Source: Bosea sp. (in: a-proteobacteria)
GTDB taxonomy: Bacteria; Pseudomonadota; Alphaproteobacteria; Rhizobiales; Beijerinckiaceae
Length of the DNA: 34,342 nt
Direction of reading: 5' to 3'
NCBI GenBank assembly: GCA_031375605.1
Contig: JANMIB010000467.1
Span: 1-34,342 of the forward strand
A model generated the notes under the pieces. The model was given only the letters and a program-made list of their open reading frames with translations, was not told where the DNA came from and searched no databases. Made by a program: the position numbers and the translations under genes. This document shows positions 18,317 to 28,246 of the stretch, piece after piece (the first letter of the stretch is position 1; each line of letters opens with the position of its first letter).

Positions 18317-19507
18317 TCAACTTGTCAACGCCTCGACCCCCGGCAGCGGCTTGCCCTCCATCCATTCGAGGAAGGCCCCGCCTGCCGTCGAGATGTAGGT
18401 GAGATCGTCAGCCACCCCGGCATGGTTCATGGCGGACACCGTGTCGCCGCCGCCTGCGACCGAGACCAGCTTTCCGGCGTTTGTCAGTGCCGCCGCAGCC
18501 TTGGCCACGGCCACGGTGGCGGTGTCGAAGGGCTCCAGCTCGAACGCGCCGAAGGGGCCATTCCAGACGAGGGTCTTCGTGGTTTGAAGCCGTGCGATCA
18601 CCGCATCGACCGATGTTGGCCCGGCATCGAGGATCATCTCGTCGGCCCTGATGTCGCTCACATCAGCAACGCGGTGGCCCGGATTTGCCTTGAATTCCCG
18701 CGCTGCCAGCGCATCCACTGGCAGCATGATCGTGCAGCCAGCCGCCTTCGCCTTGGCCTCGATCTCGCGCGCGGTTGCCACCAGATCGTGCTCGCACAGC
18801 GACTTGCCAACATCCAGCCCGCGCGCGGCGAGGAACGTGTTGGCCATGCCGCCGCCGATGACCAGCACATCAACTTTGCCGACGAGATTGCCCAAAAGTT
18901 CGAGCTTGGTCGAGACCTTCGCACCGCCGACAATCGCCATCACCGGACGGACGGGCTTGCCCAGCGCCTTGTCCAACGCGTCAAGCTCGGCCTGCATGGT
19001 GCGGCCCGCATAAGCCGGCAGCACATGGGCCAGTCCCTCGGTCGAGGCATGGGCGCGGTGCGCGGCGGAGAAGGCATCGTTGACATAGACATCGCCGTTT
19101 GCGGCCAGAGCCGCGACGAAGACGGGATCGTTGTTCTCTTCGCCTGCATGAAAGCGCGTGTTCTCGAGGCAGAGCACATCGCCATTTTTCATTTTTGCAG
19201 CGGCCACCGACGCAGCCTCACCGATGCAGTCATCGGCAAAGGCGACGGCCTGTCCAAGATGGCTCGCCAATACGGCGGCGATAGGCTTCAGGCTGTCTTC
19301 AGCCTCGTGCCCCTTTGGCCTGCCGAAATGGGCCAGCAAGATGACCTTGCCGCCACGGGCCGCAAGATCACGGATGGTCGGCACGATGCGGTCGATGCGG
19401 GTGGCGTCCGACACCACGCCGTTTTCAAGCGGCACATTGAGATCGACCCGCACCAGCACGCGCAAGCCGGCGGGGTCCAGATCATCAAGCGTCTTGAAGG
19501 CTGTCAT
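18317..19507 (-). CDS. pgk: Phosphoglycerate kinase
   Basis: [58 protein letters not shown]. Confidence 0.98.
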   Translation of the reverse strand: MTAFKTLDDLDPAGLRVLVRVDLNVPLENGVVSDATRIDRIVPTIRDLAARGGKVILLAHFGRPKGHEAEDSLKPIAAVLASHLGQAVAFADDCIGEAASVAAAKMKNGDVLCLENTRFHAGEENNDPVFVAALAANGDVYVNDAFSAAHRAHASTEGLAHVLPAYAGRTMQAELDALDKALGKPVRPVMAIVGGAKVSTKLELLGNLVGKVDVLVIGGGMANTFLAARGLDVGKSLCEHDLVATAREIEAKAKAAGCTIMLPVDALAAREFKANPGHRVADVSDIRADEMILDAGPTSVDAVIARLQTTKTLVWNGPFGAFELEPFDTATVAVAKAAAALTNAGKLVSVAGGGDTVSAMNHAGVADDLTYISTAGGAFLEWMEGKPLPGVEALTS

Positions 19508-19926
19508 CGCGGCAATGTGCCTGGCAGGATGCCGGGTATCCCGAATTTCAGCAGGGCGAAGCTGGCCGCCGCGCCCAGCAGGGCAGCCACCAGCGCAATG
19601 ATGAAAATAGTGGCCGCGCCCGGCTTGCGGCGCAACTCGTCGCGCATGGACGCAATGTCCTGCCGGACGCTCTGCAGGTTCATGTCCTGGGTCGCGCCTT
19701 CGAGCCTGATCGTGGCCTTTTCCAGCGCGCTTTCGACCCGCATCATCCGTTCTTCGGCACGGGCGAACTTCTCCTCGACGCGGGCAACCTTGTCTTCCAC
19801 GCGGCTGAGCTGATCAAGCTTCAGGCCCGGTTCTGGCTGGAGGACAACGGGCGTTTCCATCACGGTATCAGGCGTGGTGGCCGGTGCCGCATCGAGCTTT
19901 GGTTCGGTCTTGGGTGTCATGGCCAT
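19504..19926 (-). CDS. Hypothetical coiled-coil protein with a single C-terminal transmembrane helix
   Basis: Heptad-rich [30 protein letters not shown] followed by [21 protein letters not shown]; GGAGG upstream; ATGA overlap with pgk. Confidence 0.82.
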   Translation of the reverse strand: MAMTPKTEPKLDAAPATTPDTVMETPVVLQPEPGLKLDQLSRVEDKVARVEEKFARAEERMMRVESALEKATIRLEGATQDMNLQSVRQDIASMRDELRRKPGAATIFIIALVAALLGAAASFALLKFGIPGILPGTLPR

Positions 19927-19968
19927 GGCGGAGGCCTCCGTGGCGTTCGGGTTCAGCAGAAGATGTTG

Positions 19969-20979
19969 TCAGATCAACCGTGCCATGGCGACGGCGGTGT
20001 CGCTCATGCGGTTCGAGAAGCCCCATTCGTTGTCATACCACGTGAGGATGCGCACCATGCGCTCGTCCAGTACCTTGGTCTGGTCCAGCGCAAAGGTGGA
20101 TGAGGCGGGGGCGTGGTTGAAGTCGATGGAGACATTCGGCTGGTCGGTGACGGCGAGGATGCCCTTCAGCGGGCCGCGTGATGCCGCCTTGATGATGGCT
20201 TCGTTGATCTTCTCGACGCTGGTTTTCTTCTTGGCCATGAACTTGAAATCAACCACCGAGACATTCGGCACCGGCACGCGGATCGAGGTTCCGTCGAGGC
20301 GGCCCTTCAGCTCCGGAATGACAAGGCCGATGGCCTTGGCGGCACCCGTCGAGGTCGGGATCATCGACATGGCGGCAGCGCGGGCGCGGTACAGATCCTT
20401 ATGCATGGTGTCCAGCGTCGGCTGGTCACCCGTATAGGCATGGATCGTGGTCATGAAACCCTTGTCGATGCCCACCGCCTTGTGCAGCACGGCGACGACC
20501 GGCGCGAGACAGTTGGTGGTGCAGGAGGCGTTGGAGACAACCATGTGCTCCCTGGTCAGCGCGCTGTCATTGACGCCGAACACGACTGTGAGGTCTGCGT
20601 TGTCGCAAGGGGCGGACACCAGCACGCGCTTGGCACCGGCGGCGAGGTGGGCGGCGGCCTTGTCGCGCGTCGTGAAGATGCCGGTGCACTCCATCGCGAT
20701 GTCGACGTTCAGCTCCTTGTGGGGCAGCAGCGCCGGATCCTTGATGGCGGTGACACGGATGCGCTTGCCGTTGACGATGATCGCATCGCCATCGACCTTC
20801 ACGTCGGCTGGAAAGCGGCCATGGACCGAGTCAAAGCGCAGGAGGTGGGCATTGGTCTCGACCGGGCCAAGATCATTGACCCCGACCACCTCGATGTCCT
20901 TGCGCTTGGACTCGACGATGGCGCGGAGCACGTTGCGGCCAATGCGGCCAAAGCCGTTGATGAAAACGCGGACGGTCAT
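19969..20979 (-). CDS. gap: Glyceraldehyde-3-phosphate dehydrogenase, type I
   Basis: [40 protein letters not shown]. Confidence 0.98.
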   Translation of the reverse strand: MTVRVFINGFGRIGRNVLRAIVESKRKDIEVVGVNDLGPVETNAHLLRFDSVHGRFPADVKVDGDAIIVNGKRIRVTAIKDPALLPHKELNVDIAMECTGIFTTRDKAAAHLAAGAKRVLVSAPCDNADLTVVFGVNDSALTREHMVVSNASCTTNCLAPVVAVLHKAVGIDKGFMTTIHAYTGDQPTLDTMHKDLYRARAAAMSMIPTSTGAAKAIGLVIPELKGRLDGTSIRVPVPNVSVVDFKFMAKKKTSVEKINEAIIKAASRGPLKGILAVTDQPNVSIDFNHAPASSTFALDQTKVLDERMVRILTWYDNEWGFSNRMSDTAVAMARLI

Positions 20980-21076
20980 GGGAAGTTCCTTCGCTTGGTG
21001 CGAGGTTGAACAGGCATGACCGCCCTTTTGCCCTAATTTGCGGCAGTTTCAAGCCACAAACACCGAACTTTCATGA

Positions 21077-23074
21077 TTATTGGTTGTGGCGGGTCATGAC
21101 TGCTGCCGTCACGGCCTCTGGCGTGATGCCGAACAGCTTGTAAAGCTCCTTGTAGGGCGCACTGGCACCAAAGCCGGACATGCCGATGAAGGCACCATCG
21201 CCGATGATGGCATCCCAGCCCATGCGGATGCCCGCCTCGACCGCGACCTTGATGGGTGCCGGACCGATGATCCTTCTCCGCACATCCTCGGGCTGGGCCA
21301 GAAACAGCTCCAGCGACGGCACCGAGACCACGCGGGCACGCATGCCCTTTGCGGCAAGGTCCTTGCGGGCAGCCACGGCAATTTCGATTTCCGAGCCGGT
21401 GGCAAAGATCGTGGCATCAGCCCGGCCGCCTTCAGCACCAAGCAGTTCATAGGCCCCGGTGGCGCACAGGTTGCTGCGGCTTGCCGTGAACCGCACCGGG
21501 CTGAGGTTCTGGCGGGTCAAGGCCAGCACGGTCGGACCATCCGTGCGTTCCAGCGCGAGCTGCCAGCACTCAGCGGTCTCCATCGCATCTGCGGGGCGCA
21601 GCGTGCGCAGGTTCGGGATAGCGCGCAGCGCCGCCAGGTGCTCCACCGGCTGATGGGTCGGGCCATCCTCGCCAAGACCGATGGAATCATGTGTCATCAC
21701 GTAGATCGCAGGCTGGTTCATCAGCGCGGCCAGGCGGATGGCCGGGCGACAATAGTCGGTGAACACCATGAAGGTCGCGCCTGCTGGCCGGAAGCCGCCA
21801 TGCAGCAGCATGCCGTTCATAGCTGCCGTCATGCCATGCTCGCGGATGCCATAGTGGACATAGCGCCCCTTGGGCGATTTCGGTGTGAACGGAATGGCCG
21901 TTTTCATCCTGGTGTTGTTGGAGGGTGTCAGGTCCGCCGAACCCAGCACCAGTTCGGGCATCACCGGCGTGATGGCTTCGAGCGCCAGTTCGGACGCCTT
22001 GCGCGTCGCGACCGTGGGAGGGTTGGCGGCCAGTGCGCTCTTGTGCGCGGCAATGGCCTTGCCCAGTTTGGCGGGCACCTGGTTGGCGAGCCTGCGATTG
22101 AACTCGTCCTGCTTGCGTGTGTTGAGGCCCGCAAAGCGCTGGGACCATGCCGCGCTCTCCGAGCTACCCCTGCGGCCGATCTCGCGCCAGGCTTTCAGGG
22201 CTTCCGCTGGCACATCGAACGGGGTGGCACTGAGGCCAAGCCCGCTCTTGGCTGCGGCCAGTTCGTCGGCACCAAGCGGCTCGCCATGGGCTTTGGATGT
22301 GCCCGCCTTCTTGGGCGCGCCATAGCCGATCACGGTCTTGCAGGCGATCATCGAGGGCTTTGATGACGCCTTGGCCCGGTCAAGCGCGGCCCCGATCGCA
22401 ACCGGGTCATGGCCGTCGACCCGTTCGGCACGCCAGCCTGCGGCCTGGAAGCGCTTCACCTGATCAACAGAATCCGAGATCGACAGCGGCCCGTCAATCG
22501 AGATGCCGTTGTCATCGAACAACACGACCAGCTTGTTCAGCTTCTGGTGGCCTGCGAGAGCTATCGCCTCATGGCTGATGCCCTCCATCAGATCGCCGTC
22601 GGAGGCCAGCACATAGGTGTTGTGGTTGACGATGCCCTTGCCGAACTCGGCACTCAGCATGCGTTCGGCCATCGCCATGCCGACGGCGGTGGCGATGCCT
22701 TGCCCAAGCGGGCCTGTGGTCATCTCGACACCTTGCGTGTGGCCGACCTCCGGGTGGCCGGGCGTTTTTGAATGGAGCTGGCGGAAGCGCTTGATCTCGT
22801 CGAGCGACATGCCGGGCGTGCCGGTGAGATAGAGCAGCGCATAGACCAGCATCGAGCCATGGCCGGCAGACAGCACGAAACGGTCACGGTCGGGCCAGCC
22901 TGGATTGCCTGAGTCAAACTTCATGGTTTTGCCGAACAGGACCGTCGCCACATCGGCCGCGCCCATGGGCAGGCCCGGATGGCCGGATTTGGCCTGCTCC
23001 ACCGCATCCATGGCCAGTGACCTGATGGCATTGGCGAGCAGGTCGTGATGTTTGCGGTCCATCGTGGTCGACAT
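21077..23074 (-). CDS. tkt: Transketolase
   Basis: [59 protein letters not shown]; exact start uncertain. Confidence 0.97.
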   Translation of the reverse strand: MSTTMDRKHHDLLANAIRSLAMDAVEQAKSGHPGLPMGAADVATVLFGKTMKFDSGNPGWPDRDRFVLSAGHGSMLVYALLYLTGTPGMSLDEIKRFRQLHSKTPGHPEVGHTQGVEMTTGPLGQGIATAVGMAMAERMLSAEFGKGIVNHNTYVLASDGDLMEGISHEAIALAGHQKLNKLVVLFDDNGISIDGPLSISDSVDQVKRFQAAGWRAERVDGHDPVAIGAALDRAKASSKPSMIACKTVIGYGAPKKAGTSKAHGEPLGADELAAAKSGLGLSATPFDVPAEALKAWREIGRRGSSESAAWSQRFAGLNTRKQDEFNRRLANQVPAKLGKAIAAHKSALAANPPTVATRKASELALEAITPVMPELVLGSADLTPSNNTRMKTAIPFTPKSPKGRYVHYGIREHGMTAAMNGMLLHGGFRPAGATFMVFTDYCRPAIRLAALMNQPAIYVMTHDSIGLGEDGPTHQPVEHLAALRAIPNLRTLRPADAMETAECWQLALERTDGPTVLALTRQNLSPVRFTASRSNLCATGAYELLGAEGGRADATIFATGSEIEIAVAARKDLAAKGMRARVVSVPSLELFLAQPEDVRRRIIGPAPIKVAVEAGIRMGWDAIIGDGAFIGMSGFGASAPYKELYKLFGITPEAVTAAVMTRHNQ

Positions 23075-23300
23075 GGTCAAATGGCTTTCGGCAAGGGTTG
23101 GCATTGTTCTGAAGAGTTCGGGTGCTGGCGAAGTGCTCTGGCCCGGCCTGATAACGTCAGGGTCGATAGGCCCCGACATGGCCTTGAGTCAATTCTGGCA
23201 AGGCACAGGACTGCTCTGGCAATCGATCCAAAGCGGATTACACTTGCGAATCGGCTGTCAGTTTCTGCAATCCCGTCACATCATGATCCGGAGCCAAGCG

Positions 23301-23609
23301 GTGAAAGCGCCTTCCTTTGAAACCGTCATCAAGCTGCTTGATGCGGCTGTGACCCAGCTTGAGAGCGCAGCCCAGCGCAAGCTTGATCTTGAACGCCGTC
23401 GCGGCGACCTCGAAACCGAGCTGGCCATCATGCAGGATGACCGCTCGCGGCTGGCCACGGATCTGGACGGGACCATGGCAAGGCTGGGCAAGGTCGAAAC
23501 CGCAGCAGGTGATGCGGTCCAGAGGCTCGACAGGGCAATGATCGCCATCCATGCCGCCCTTGGCGAGGAGCCTGTGCCGGTTGATCAGCAGCCAGACAGG
23601 GAGGCGTGA
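23301..23609 (+). CDS. DUF4164 family coiled-coil protein (ZauP-like, upstream of zapA)
   Basis: Coiled coil with ELAIMQDDRSRLATDLD…RLDRAM; directly upstream of zapA; GTG after GGAG (alternative ATG 23283). Confidence 0.8.
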   Translation: MKAPSFETVIKLLDAAVTQLESAAQRKLDLERRRGDLETELAIMQDDRSRLATDLDGTMARLGKVETAAGDAVQRLDRAMIAIHAALGEEPVPVDQQPDREA

Positions 23610-23610
23610 G

Positions 23611-23979
23611 ATGGGCCAGGTCACGGTGACGATCGCCGGGAAGGTCTACCGCATGTCGTGCGGTGACGGTGAGGAGGCGCATCTGGAAGGTCTGGCGGCA
23701 ACCTATGATTCGCGGATCGAGGACATGCGCAAGAATCTTGGCGAACTTGGCGACATGCGCCTGCATGTCATGGCTGCACTGATGCTGGCTGATGAAATGG
23801 CCGAACAGAAAAAGCGGGTCGAGCATCTCGAGCAGAAACTCGATGCACTGAAAGGCGATGCCGGGTCGGCTGATGCCCGAGCCGAAGGCGTCGAACGGCT
23901 GGCCATCAATGCCATCAGCAGCGCTGCCGAGCGGATCGAGAAAGTGGCGAGGGCACTGGCGCCGCAGCCCCTGAATTGA
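23611..23979 (+). CDS. zapA: Cell division protein ZapA
   Basis: MGQVTVTIAGKVYRMSCGDGEEAHL…GDMRLHVMAALMLADE; GGAGG RBS. Confidence 0.93.
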   Translation: MGQVTVTIAGKVYRMSCGDGEEAHLEGLAATYDSRIEDMRKNLGELGDMRLHVMAALMLADEMAEQKKRVEHLEQKLDALKGDAGSADARAEGVERLAINAISSAAERIEKVARALAPQPLN

Positions 23980-23991
23980 AGCATCCGACTT

Positions 23992-24819
23992 TCAGATGGA
24001 CGCCATGTGACATCGCGATGGTGTGGCATGCTGGCTGCGCCAGTCGGCGAGGACTGGCTCCAGCATGTCGGCCAGCCGGTCAGCCCAGGATTCTGCGTCA
24101 GCCTGTGTGGCGATCAGGTCCTGCCTGAGTTCGATCAGAACGTTTGGCAGTTCATGGCAAGTGGCGTGGCGGTCGATGGTGTCGTCTTCCAGAAAGCCCG
24201 CATAGGGTTCATTGTCGCCGACAATCAGGTCAGGATCGGCCCGCAATGCCTTGAACAGAGGCTCGGTCAACGTGGCATCCCTGTCCCAGAGCAAGCCGAC
24301 ATGCCAGGGCCTCAGCGCCCCTTTCCAGAACGGCGTGAACGAATGCACCGAGATGATCGCTGGCGGGCATCCGTGGTCAAGACCCGCTCTGACCGCCGTG
24401 ACGATGGCCTCGTCATAGGGGCGATAAAAACGGTCGACGCGATCCGCAACACCGCTGTCATCCAGTCTGGCATTGCCCGGAATGATCGCGCCATCCGACA
24501 GGCGCATCACCAATGTCGGATCGTCAAGGCCGCGATTGGGGTCGATCAGCAGCCGGGAAAAACTCGTCAGCAGCGCCGGGCAATGCAGCCTGGCGGCCAG
24601 CCTGCGGCTGAGCCATGCCGCTCCGATGTCATAGGCGATATGGCGTTCAAGCTGGTCTGCCGCGAGGCCGAGCGTGCCGAACTCGGGCGGAATGGCATTG
24701 GATGCGTGGTCGCACAGCACAAGTGCCTGCGAAGACAACGGCCCGTGGATCACCTCCACGTCGCCACACCGCAACGGCGCACGCTGTGTGCCGCTGACAA
24801 ACTTAACCCTGTCATCCAT
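23992..24819 (-). CDS. N-formylglutamate amidohydrolase family protein
   Basis: LCDHASN, HIAYDIG, FSRLLIDPNR, SVHSFTP, RPWHVGLLW, GDNEPY, IELRQDLI. Confidence 0.92.
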   Translation of the reverse strand: MDDRVKFVSGTQRAPLRCGDVEVIHGPLSSQALVLCDHASNAIPPEFGTLGLAADQLERHIAYDIGAAWLSRRLAARLHCPALLTSFSRLLIDPNRGLDDPTLVMRLSDGAIIPGNARLDDSGVADRVDRFYRPYDEAIVTAVRAGLDHGCPPAIISVHSFTPFWKGALRPWHVGLLWDRDATLTEPLFKALRADPDLIVGDNEPYAGFLEDDTIDRHATCHELPNVLIELRQDLIATQADAESWADRLADMLEPVLADWRSQHATPSRCHMASI

Positions 24820-24939
24820 TGCCCCGGCCCTGTCGCCCCAACCTGTTCCCACGTGATTGCTGATGACACTACGCGTCAAATCGGTCTAACAAGACATCAA
24901 CTTTTGTCGATAAATGTGTATTTAACCAGAAGTCGGTTC

Positions 24940-26241
24940 ATGCCTGTCTCAAGCCATATGCGAGAGAGCCTTGTCTCGGTCTACATGGCGGCTGTCGAGG
25001 CCGCGTTGCCTTATGAAAGTCTGATCCCGCATCTGCCACCCATGCCGGAAGGCCGCCTGATCATACTGGCGGCTGGCAAGGCTGCCGGCAGCATGGTGCC
25101 CGCCACCGAGCGGCATTATCTCGATACGTTGAAGGTCGATCCGGCGCGGATAACCGGTTTTGCTGTGGCGCGGCACGGATATGGGGCACCCACGCGGCTC
25201 ATCGCGATGATCGAGGCGGGCCATCCGGTGCCAGATGCCGCCAGTCTCGAAGCGGCGGCACGCGCGTTGGAACTTGCTGCAGATGCGGGCGAGCATGATC
25301 TGGTGCTGGTGCTTTTGTCGGGTGGCGGCTCGGCAAACTGGATCGCCCCGGCTGGCCAACTCACGTTGCCGGAGAAACAGACGATCACCCGCCTGATGTT
25401 GCGGTCAGGGGCCGCGATCGACGAGATCAACAGCGTGCGCAAGCGGCTGTCACGGATCAAGGGCGGGCGGCTTGCTCTGGCGGCATGGCCTGCCCGTGTG
25501 ATCACCCTCGCTGTTTCAGATGTGCCGGGCGACGAGCCTGCCATTATCGCGTCAGGTCCGACCGTTGCTGATGCAACCAGCAACGCCGATGCGCGCGCCG
25601 TGATCGCGAAATACGGCATCGTCTTGCCTGCCAGCGCCCGCGATCTGCTGAATGATCCCGCGATGGAGACACCAAAGCCGGGTGATCAGATGCTGTCACG
25701 CTCAAGTTTCCGGGTCATTGCAAAGCCGTCGGTGGCCATCGAGGCTGCTGTCGAGAGGTGCCGTGCGCTTGGCTATGAACCGGTGTCGCTCGGTGCCGAT
25801 CTTGAAGGCGAAGCGCGCCTGGTCGCCGCAGATCACGCGCGGCAGGCTGTGGCGCTGAAACGCGCCGGCAAGCGCGCGGCGCTGATTTCGGGTGGGGAAC
25901 TCACGGTCACGATCAAGGGTCATGGCCGTGGCGGTCCCAATCAGGAATACGCGCTCGGGCTCGCTCTCGCGCTGGGGGGCGAGAGCGGCATCGCGGCGCT
26001 ATCCGGTGATACGGACGGCACGGACGGCGGCGGCGGCTCTGCTACCGACCCTGCGGGTGCCCTTGTCGACGCAGGCACGCTTGTCCGCGCGCAGGCTCTT
26101 GGTCTTGATGCTGCGGCCATGCTCGCCGACAATGATTCAACCGGTTTTTTCGAGGCTCTGGGCGACCTGCTGACACCGGGACCGACACTGACAAACGTGA
26201 ATGATTGCCGTGTCATCCTCATCGATCCTGACGGTGATTAG
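24940..26241 (+). CDS. Glycerate 2-kinase (TtuD/MOFRL family)
   Basis: AGKAA, EAGHPVPD, LLSGGGSA, IKGGRLA, SDVPGD, IASGPT, SGGELTV, GRGGPNQEY, TDGTDG, GPTLTNVND; real start near 24940. Confidence 0.92.
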   Translation: MPVSSHMRESLVSVYMAAVEAALPYESLIPHLPPMPEGRLIILAAGKAAGSMVPATERHYLDTLKVDPARITGFAVARHGYGAPTRLIAMIEAGHPVPDAASLEAAARALELAADAGEHDLVLVLLSGGGSANWIAPAGQLTLPEKQTITRLMLRSGAAIDEINSVRKRLSRIKGGRLALAAWPARVITLAVSDVPGDEPAIIASGPTVADATSNADARAVIAKYGIVLPASARDLLNDPAMETPKPGDQMLSRSSFRVIAKPSVAIEAAVERCRALGYEPVSLGADLEGEARLVAADHARQAVALKRAGKRAALISGGELTVTIKGHGRGGPNQEYALGLALALGGESGIAALSGDTDGTDGGGGSATDPAGALVDAGTLVRAQALGLDAAAMLADNDSTGFFEALGDLLTPGPTLTNVNDCRVILIDPDGD

Positions 26242-26709
26242 GTGATGACAGCCAGACAGTTTGCCAGATGCTTCGCCACACCCTTCATGCCAGCGCATTT
26301 TCGCAATGCCCTGGCCATGTGTGCCGTGATCGCAGGCTGTCTCGTGGCCGAAACCGCACGTGCCGATCTCAGGATCTGCAACAACACCACCAGCCGGGTC
26401 GGTGTCTCGCTGGGCTACCGCGACGGGACGGGCTGGATCACCGAAGGCTGGTGGAACCTCAGCCCCCGCGGCTGCGAAACCATCCTGCGCGGCACGCTTG
26501 CGGCCCGGTTTTACTACATCCACGCCGTCGATTATGACAAAGGCGGCGAATGGACCGGCAAGTCGCTGATGTGCGTGCGAAATCGCGAGTTCACGATCCG
26601 GGGCATCGAGGATTGCCTCGCCCGCGGGCTTGACCGGGCCAATTTCTTTGAAGTCGATACAGGCGAACAGAAGAGCTGGACCATCCAGCTCACGGATGCG
26701 CCGCGCTGA
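26242..26709 (+). CDS. DUF1036 family exported protein
   Basis: Signal peptide …ARA|DLRICNNT, GWITEGWWN, RFYYIHAVD, CLARG, FFEVDTGEQKSWTIQL; start uncertain. Confidence 0.88.
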   Translation: MMTARQFARCFATPFMPAHFRNALAMCAVIAGCLVAETARADLRICNNTTSRVGVSLGYRDGTGWITEGWWNLSPRGCETILRGTLAARFYYIHAVDYDKGGEWTGKSLMCVRNREFTIRGIEDCLARGLDRANFFEVDTGEQKSWTIQLTDAPR

Positions 26710-26765
26710 TGCCAAATGCCAAATGCCAAATGCTACTTGCCTTATGCCACTTGCCTCTTGCCTCA
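26710..26765 (+). repeat. Tandem heptamer array, 8 x TGCY-NNN
   Basis: TGCCAAA TGCCAAA TGCCAAA TGCTACT TGCCTTA TGCCACT TGCCTCT TGCCTCA. Confidence 0.9.
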
Positions 26766-26777
26766 GAAAGATCACCC

Positions 26778-28217
26778 ATGCGCCGTCACCGCCGAGTGAA
26801 AATTCTCGCCACGCTGGGTCCGGCGTCAAGCACGCCCGAAATGGTCGGCAAGCTGTTCGAGGCTGGCGCGGACGTGTTTCGACTCAACATGAGCCACCTG
26901 CCGCGCGAGCAGCTTGCCGAGAAGGTGGCGATGCTGCGCGAGCTTGAAAATGTCTATCGCCGCCCGGTGGGCATCCTGGTCGATCTGCAGGGGCCGAAGC
27001 TCAGGGTCGGCAGCTTTGCCGACGAGGCTGGCGTGATGCTGCCCGTGGGGGCGACCTTCACGCTCGATTCCGACAAAAAGCCCGGTGATGCCACACGGGT
27101 TCATCTGCCGCATCCGGAAATCCTTCAGGCCCTGGAGCCGGGCCACGCGCTCATTCTGGATGACGGCAAGCTCAAGTTCATCGTTGAGAGCGCCACCAAG
27201 ACCAAGGCCGTGACCCGTGTTGTGATCGGCGGCGTCCTGAAAGCGCGCAAGGGCGTTTCGCTGCCCGACACGGTGATCCCCGTGTCGGCCATGACCGACA
27301 AGGACCGTGCGGACGCCGAGGTTGCGGCAGAGGTCGGCGTGGACTGGATCGCGCTGTCCTTTGTGCAGCGCCCCGAGGACATCGCGGACTTGCGCAAGAT
27401 CGTCGGTCGCCGGGCTGCCATCCTTGCCAAGATCGAGAAGCCCCAGGCCGTGCTCAGGCTCGACGCGATCATGGAGGCAGCTGACGCGCTGATGGTGGCG
27501 CGCGGCGACCTTGGCGTGGAAATGCCGCTGGAAAAGGTGCCCGGCACGCAAAAGCGCATCACGCGGGCAGCCCGCCGCACCGGCAAGCCCGTGGTCGTGG
27601 CCACCCAGATGCTCGAAAGCATGATCACCGCCCCCGTGCCGACCCGCGCGGAGGTGTCCGATGTGGCAACAGCCGTGTTCGAAGGCGCGGATGCCGTGAT
27701 GCTGTCGGCGGAAAGCGCGTCCGGTGCCTTTCCCATCGAGTCTGTCACAATGATGAACCGCATCGCGGAAGAGGTCGAGAGTGACACGGTCTATCGCTCG
27801 CTGATCGACGGGCAGCGCGCCACGCCGGAAATGACCGGTGCCGATGCCATTGCCGCCTCCGCCCACCAGATCACCGACACGCTTGGCCTGACCGCGATCT
27901 GCGCCTGGACATTCTCAGGCTCGACCGCGATCCGGATCGCGCGCGAACGGCCCAACTCGACCGTGATCGCACTGACACCGGACCGCGCCACTGCCAGGCG
28001 GCTGACGCTGGTATGGGGCGTGCATCCGGTGCTGACCAAGGACGCATCGGACGCCGACGACATGGCATCCCGCGCCTGCAAGTTCGCCGTGCGCGAGGGC
28101 TACGCAAAGGTCGGCGACCGCATCACGGTGGTGGCTGGCGTGCCCTTCGGCACACCGGGTGCCACCAACATGGTGCGGATAGCCTACATCACGCAGGAGC
28201 ATGCCGCACAGGCGTGA
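26778..28217 (+). CDS. pyk: Pyruvate kinase
   Basis: MRRHRRVKILATLGPAS, FRLNMSH, DLQGPKLR, AKIEKP, MVARGDLGVE, ATQMLESM, PTRAE. Confidence 0.97.
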   Translation: MRRHRRVKILATLGPASSTPEMVGKLFEAGADVFRLNMSHLPREQLAEKVAMLRELENVYRRPVGILVDLQGPKLRVGSFADEAGVMLPVGATFTLDSDKKPGDATRVHLPHPEILQALEPGHALILDDGKLKFIVESATKTKAVTRVVIGGVLKARKGVSLPDTVIPVSAMTDKDRADAEVAAEVGVDWIALSFVQRPEDIADLRKIVGRRAAILAKIEKPQAVLRLDAIMEAADALMVARGDLGVEMPLEKVPGTQKRITRAARRTGKPVVVATQMLESMITAPVPTRAEVSDVATAVFEGADAVMLSAESASGAFPIESVTMMNRIAEEVESDTVYRSLIDGQRATPEMTGADAIAASAHQITDTLGLTAICAWTFSGSTAIRIARERPNSTVIALTPDRATARRLTLVWGVHPVLTKDASDADDMASRACKFAVREGYAKVGDRITVVAGVPFGTPGATNMVRIAYITQEHAAQA

Positions 28218-28246
28218 AACCTCGCGTCAAAATCAATCCGTGAGGA

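Noticed and set aside
16858-23074. tkt-gap-pgk-fba as a Calvin-cycle (cbb) operon
   Set aside because: No RuBisCO, phosphoribulokinase or CbbR in the window; this is the housekeeping arrangement
23201-23215. Possible sigma54 site AGGCACAGGACTGCT before DUF4164
   Set aside because: GG-GC spacing is one base short of the strict requirement
24911-24926. CtrA-like TAAA-N7-TTAAC upstream of glycerate kinase
   Set aside because: One mismatch in an AT-rich promoter and no cell-cycle context; chance is plausible
24007-26241. 744-aa ORF suggesting a large N-terminal fusion on glycerate kinase
   Set aside because: The first ~310 codons are the antisense shadow of the N-formylglutamate amidohydrolase; homology starts near 24940
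26710-26765. Heptamer array as a CRISPR or mini-array
   Set aside because: Units are 7 bp and contiguous, with no spacers and no cas genes
28220-28245. Hairpin CCTCGCG…CGTGAGG between pyk and clpB as a terminator
   Set aside because: Weak stem, large loop and no U-tract on either strand
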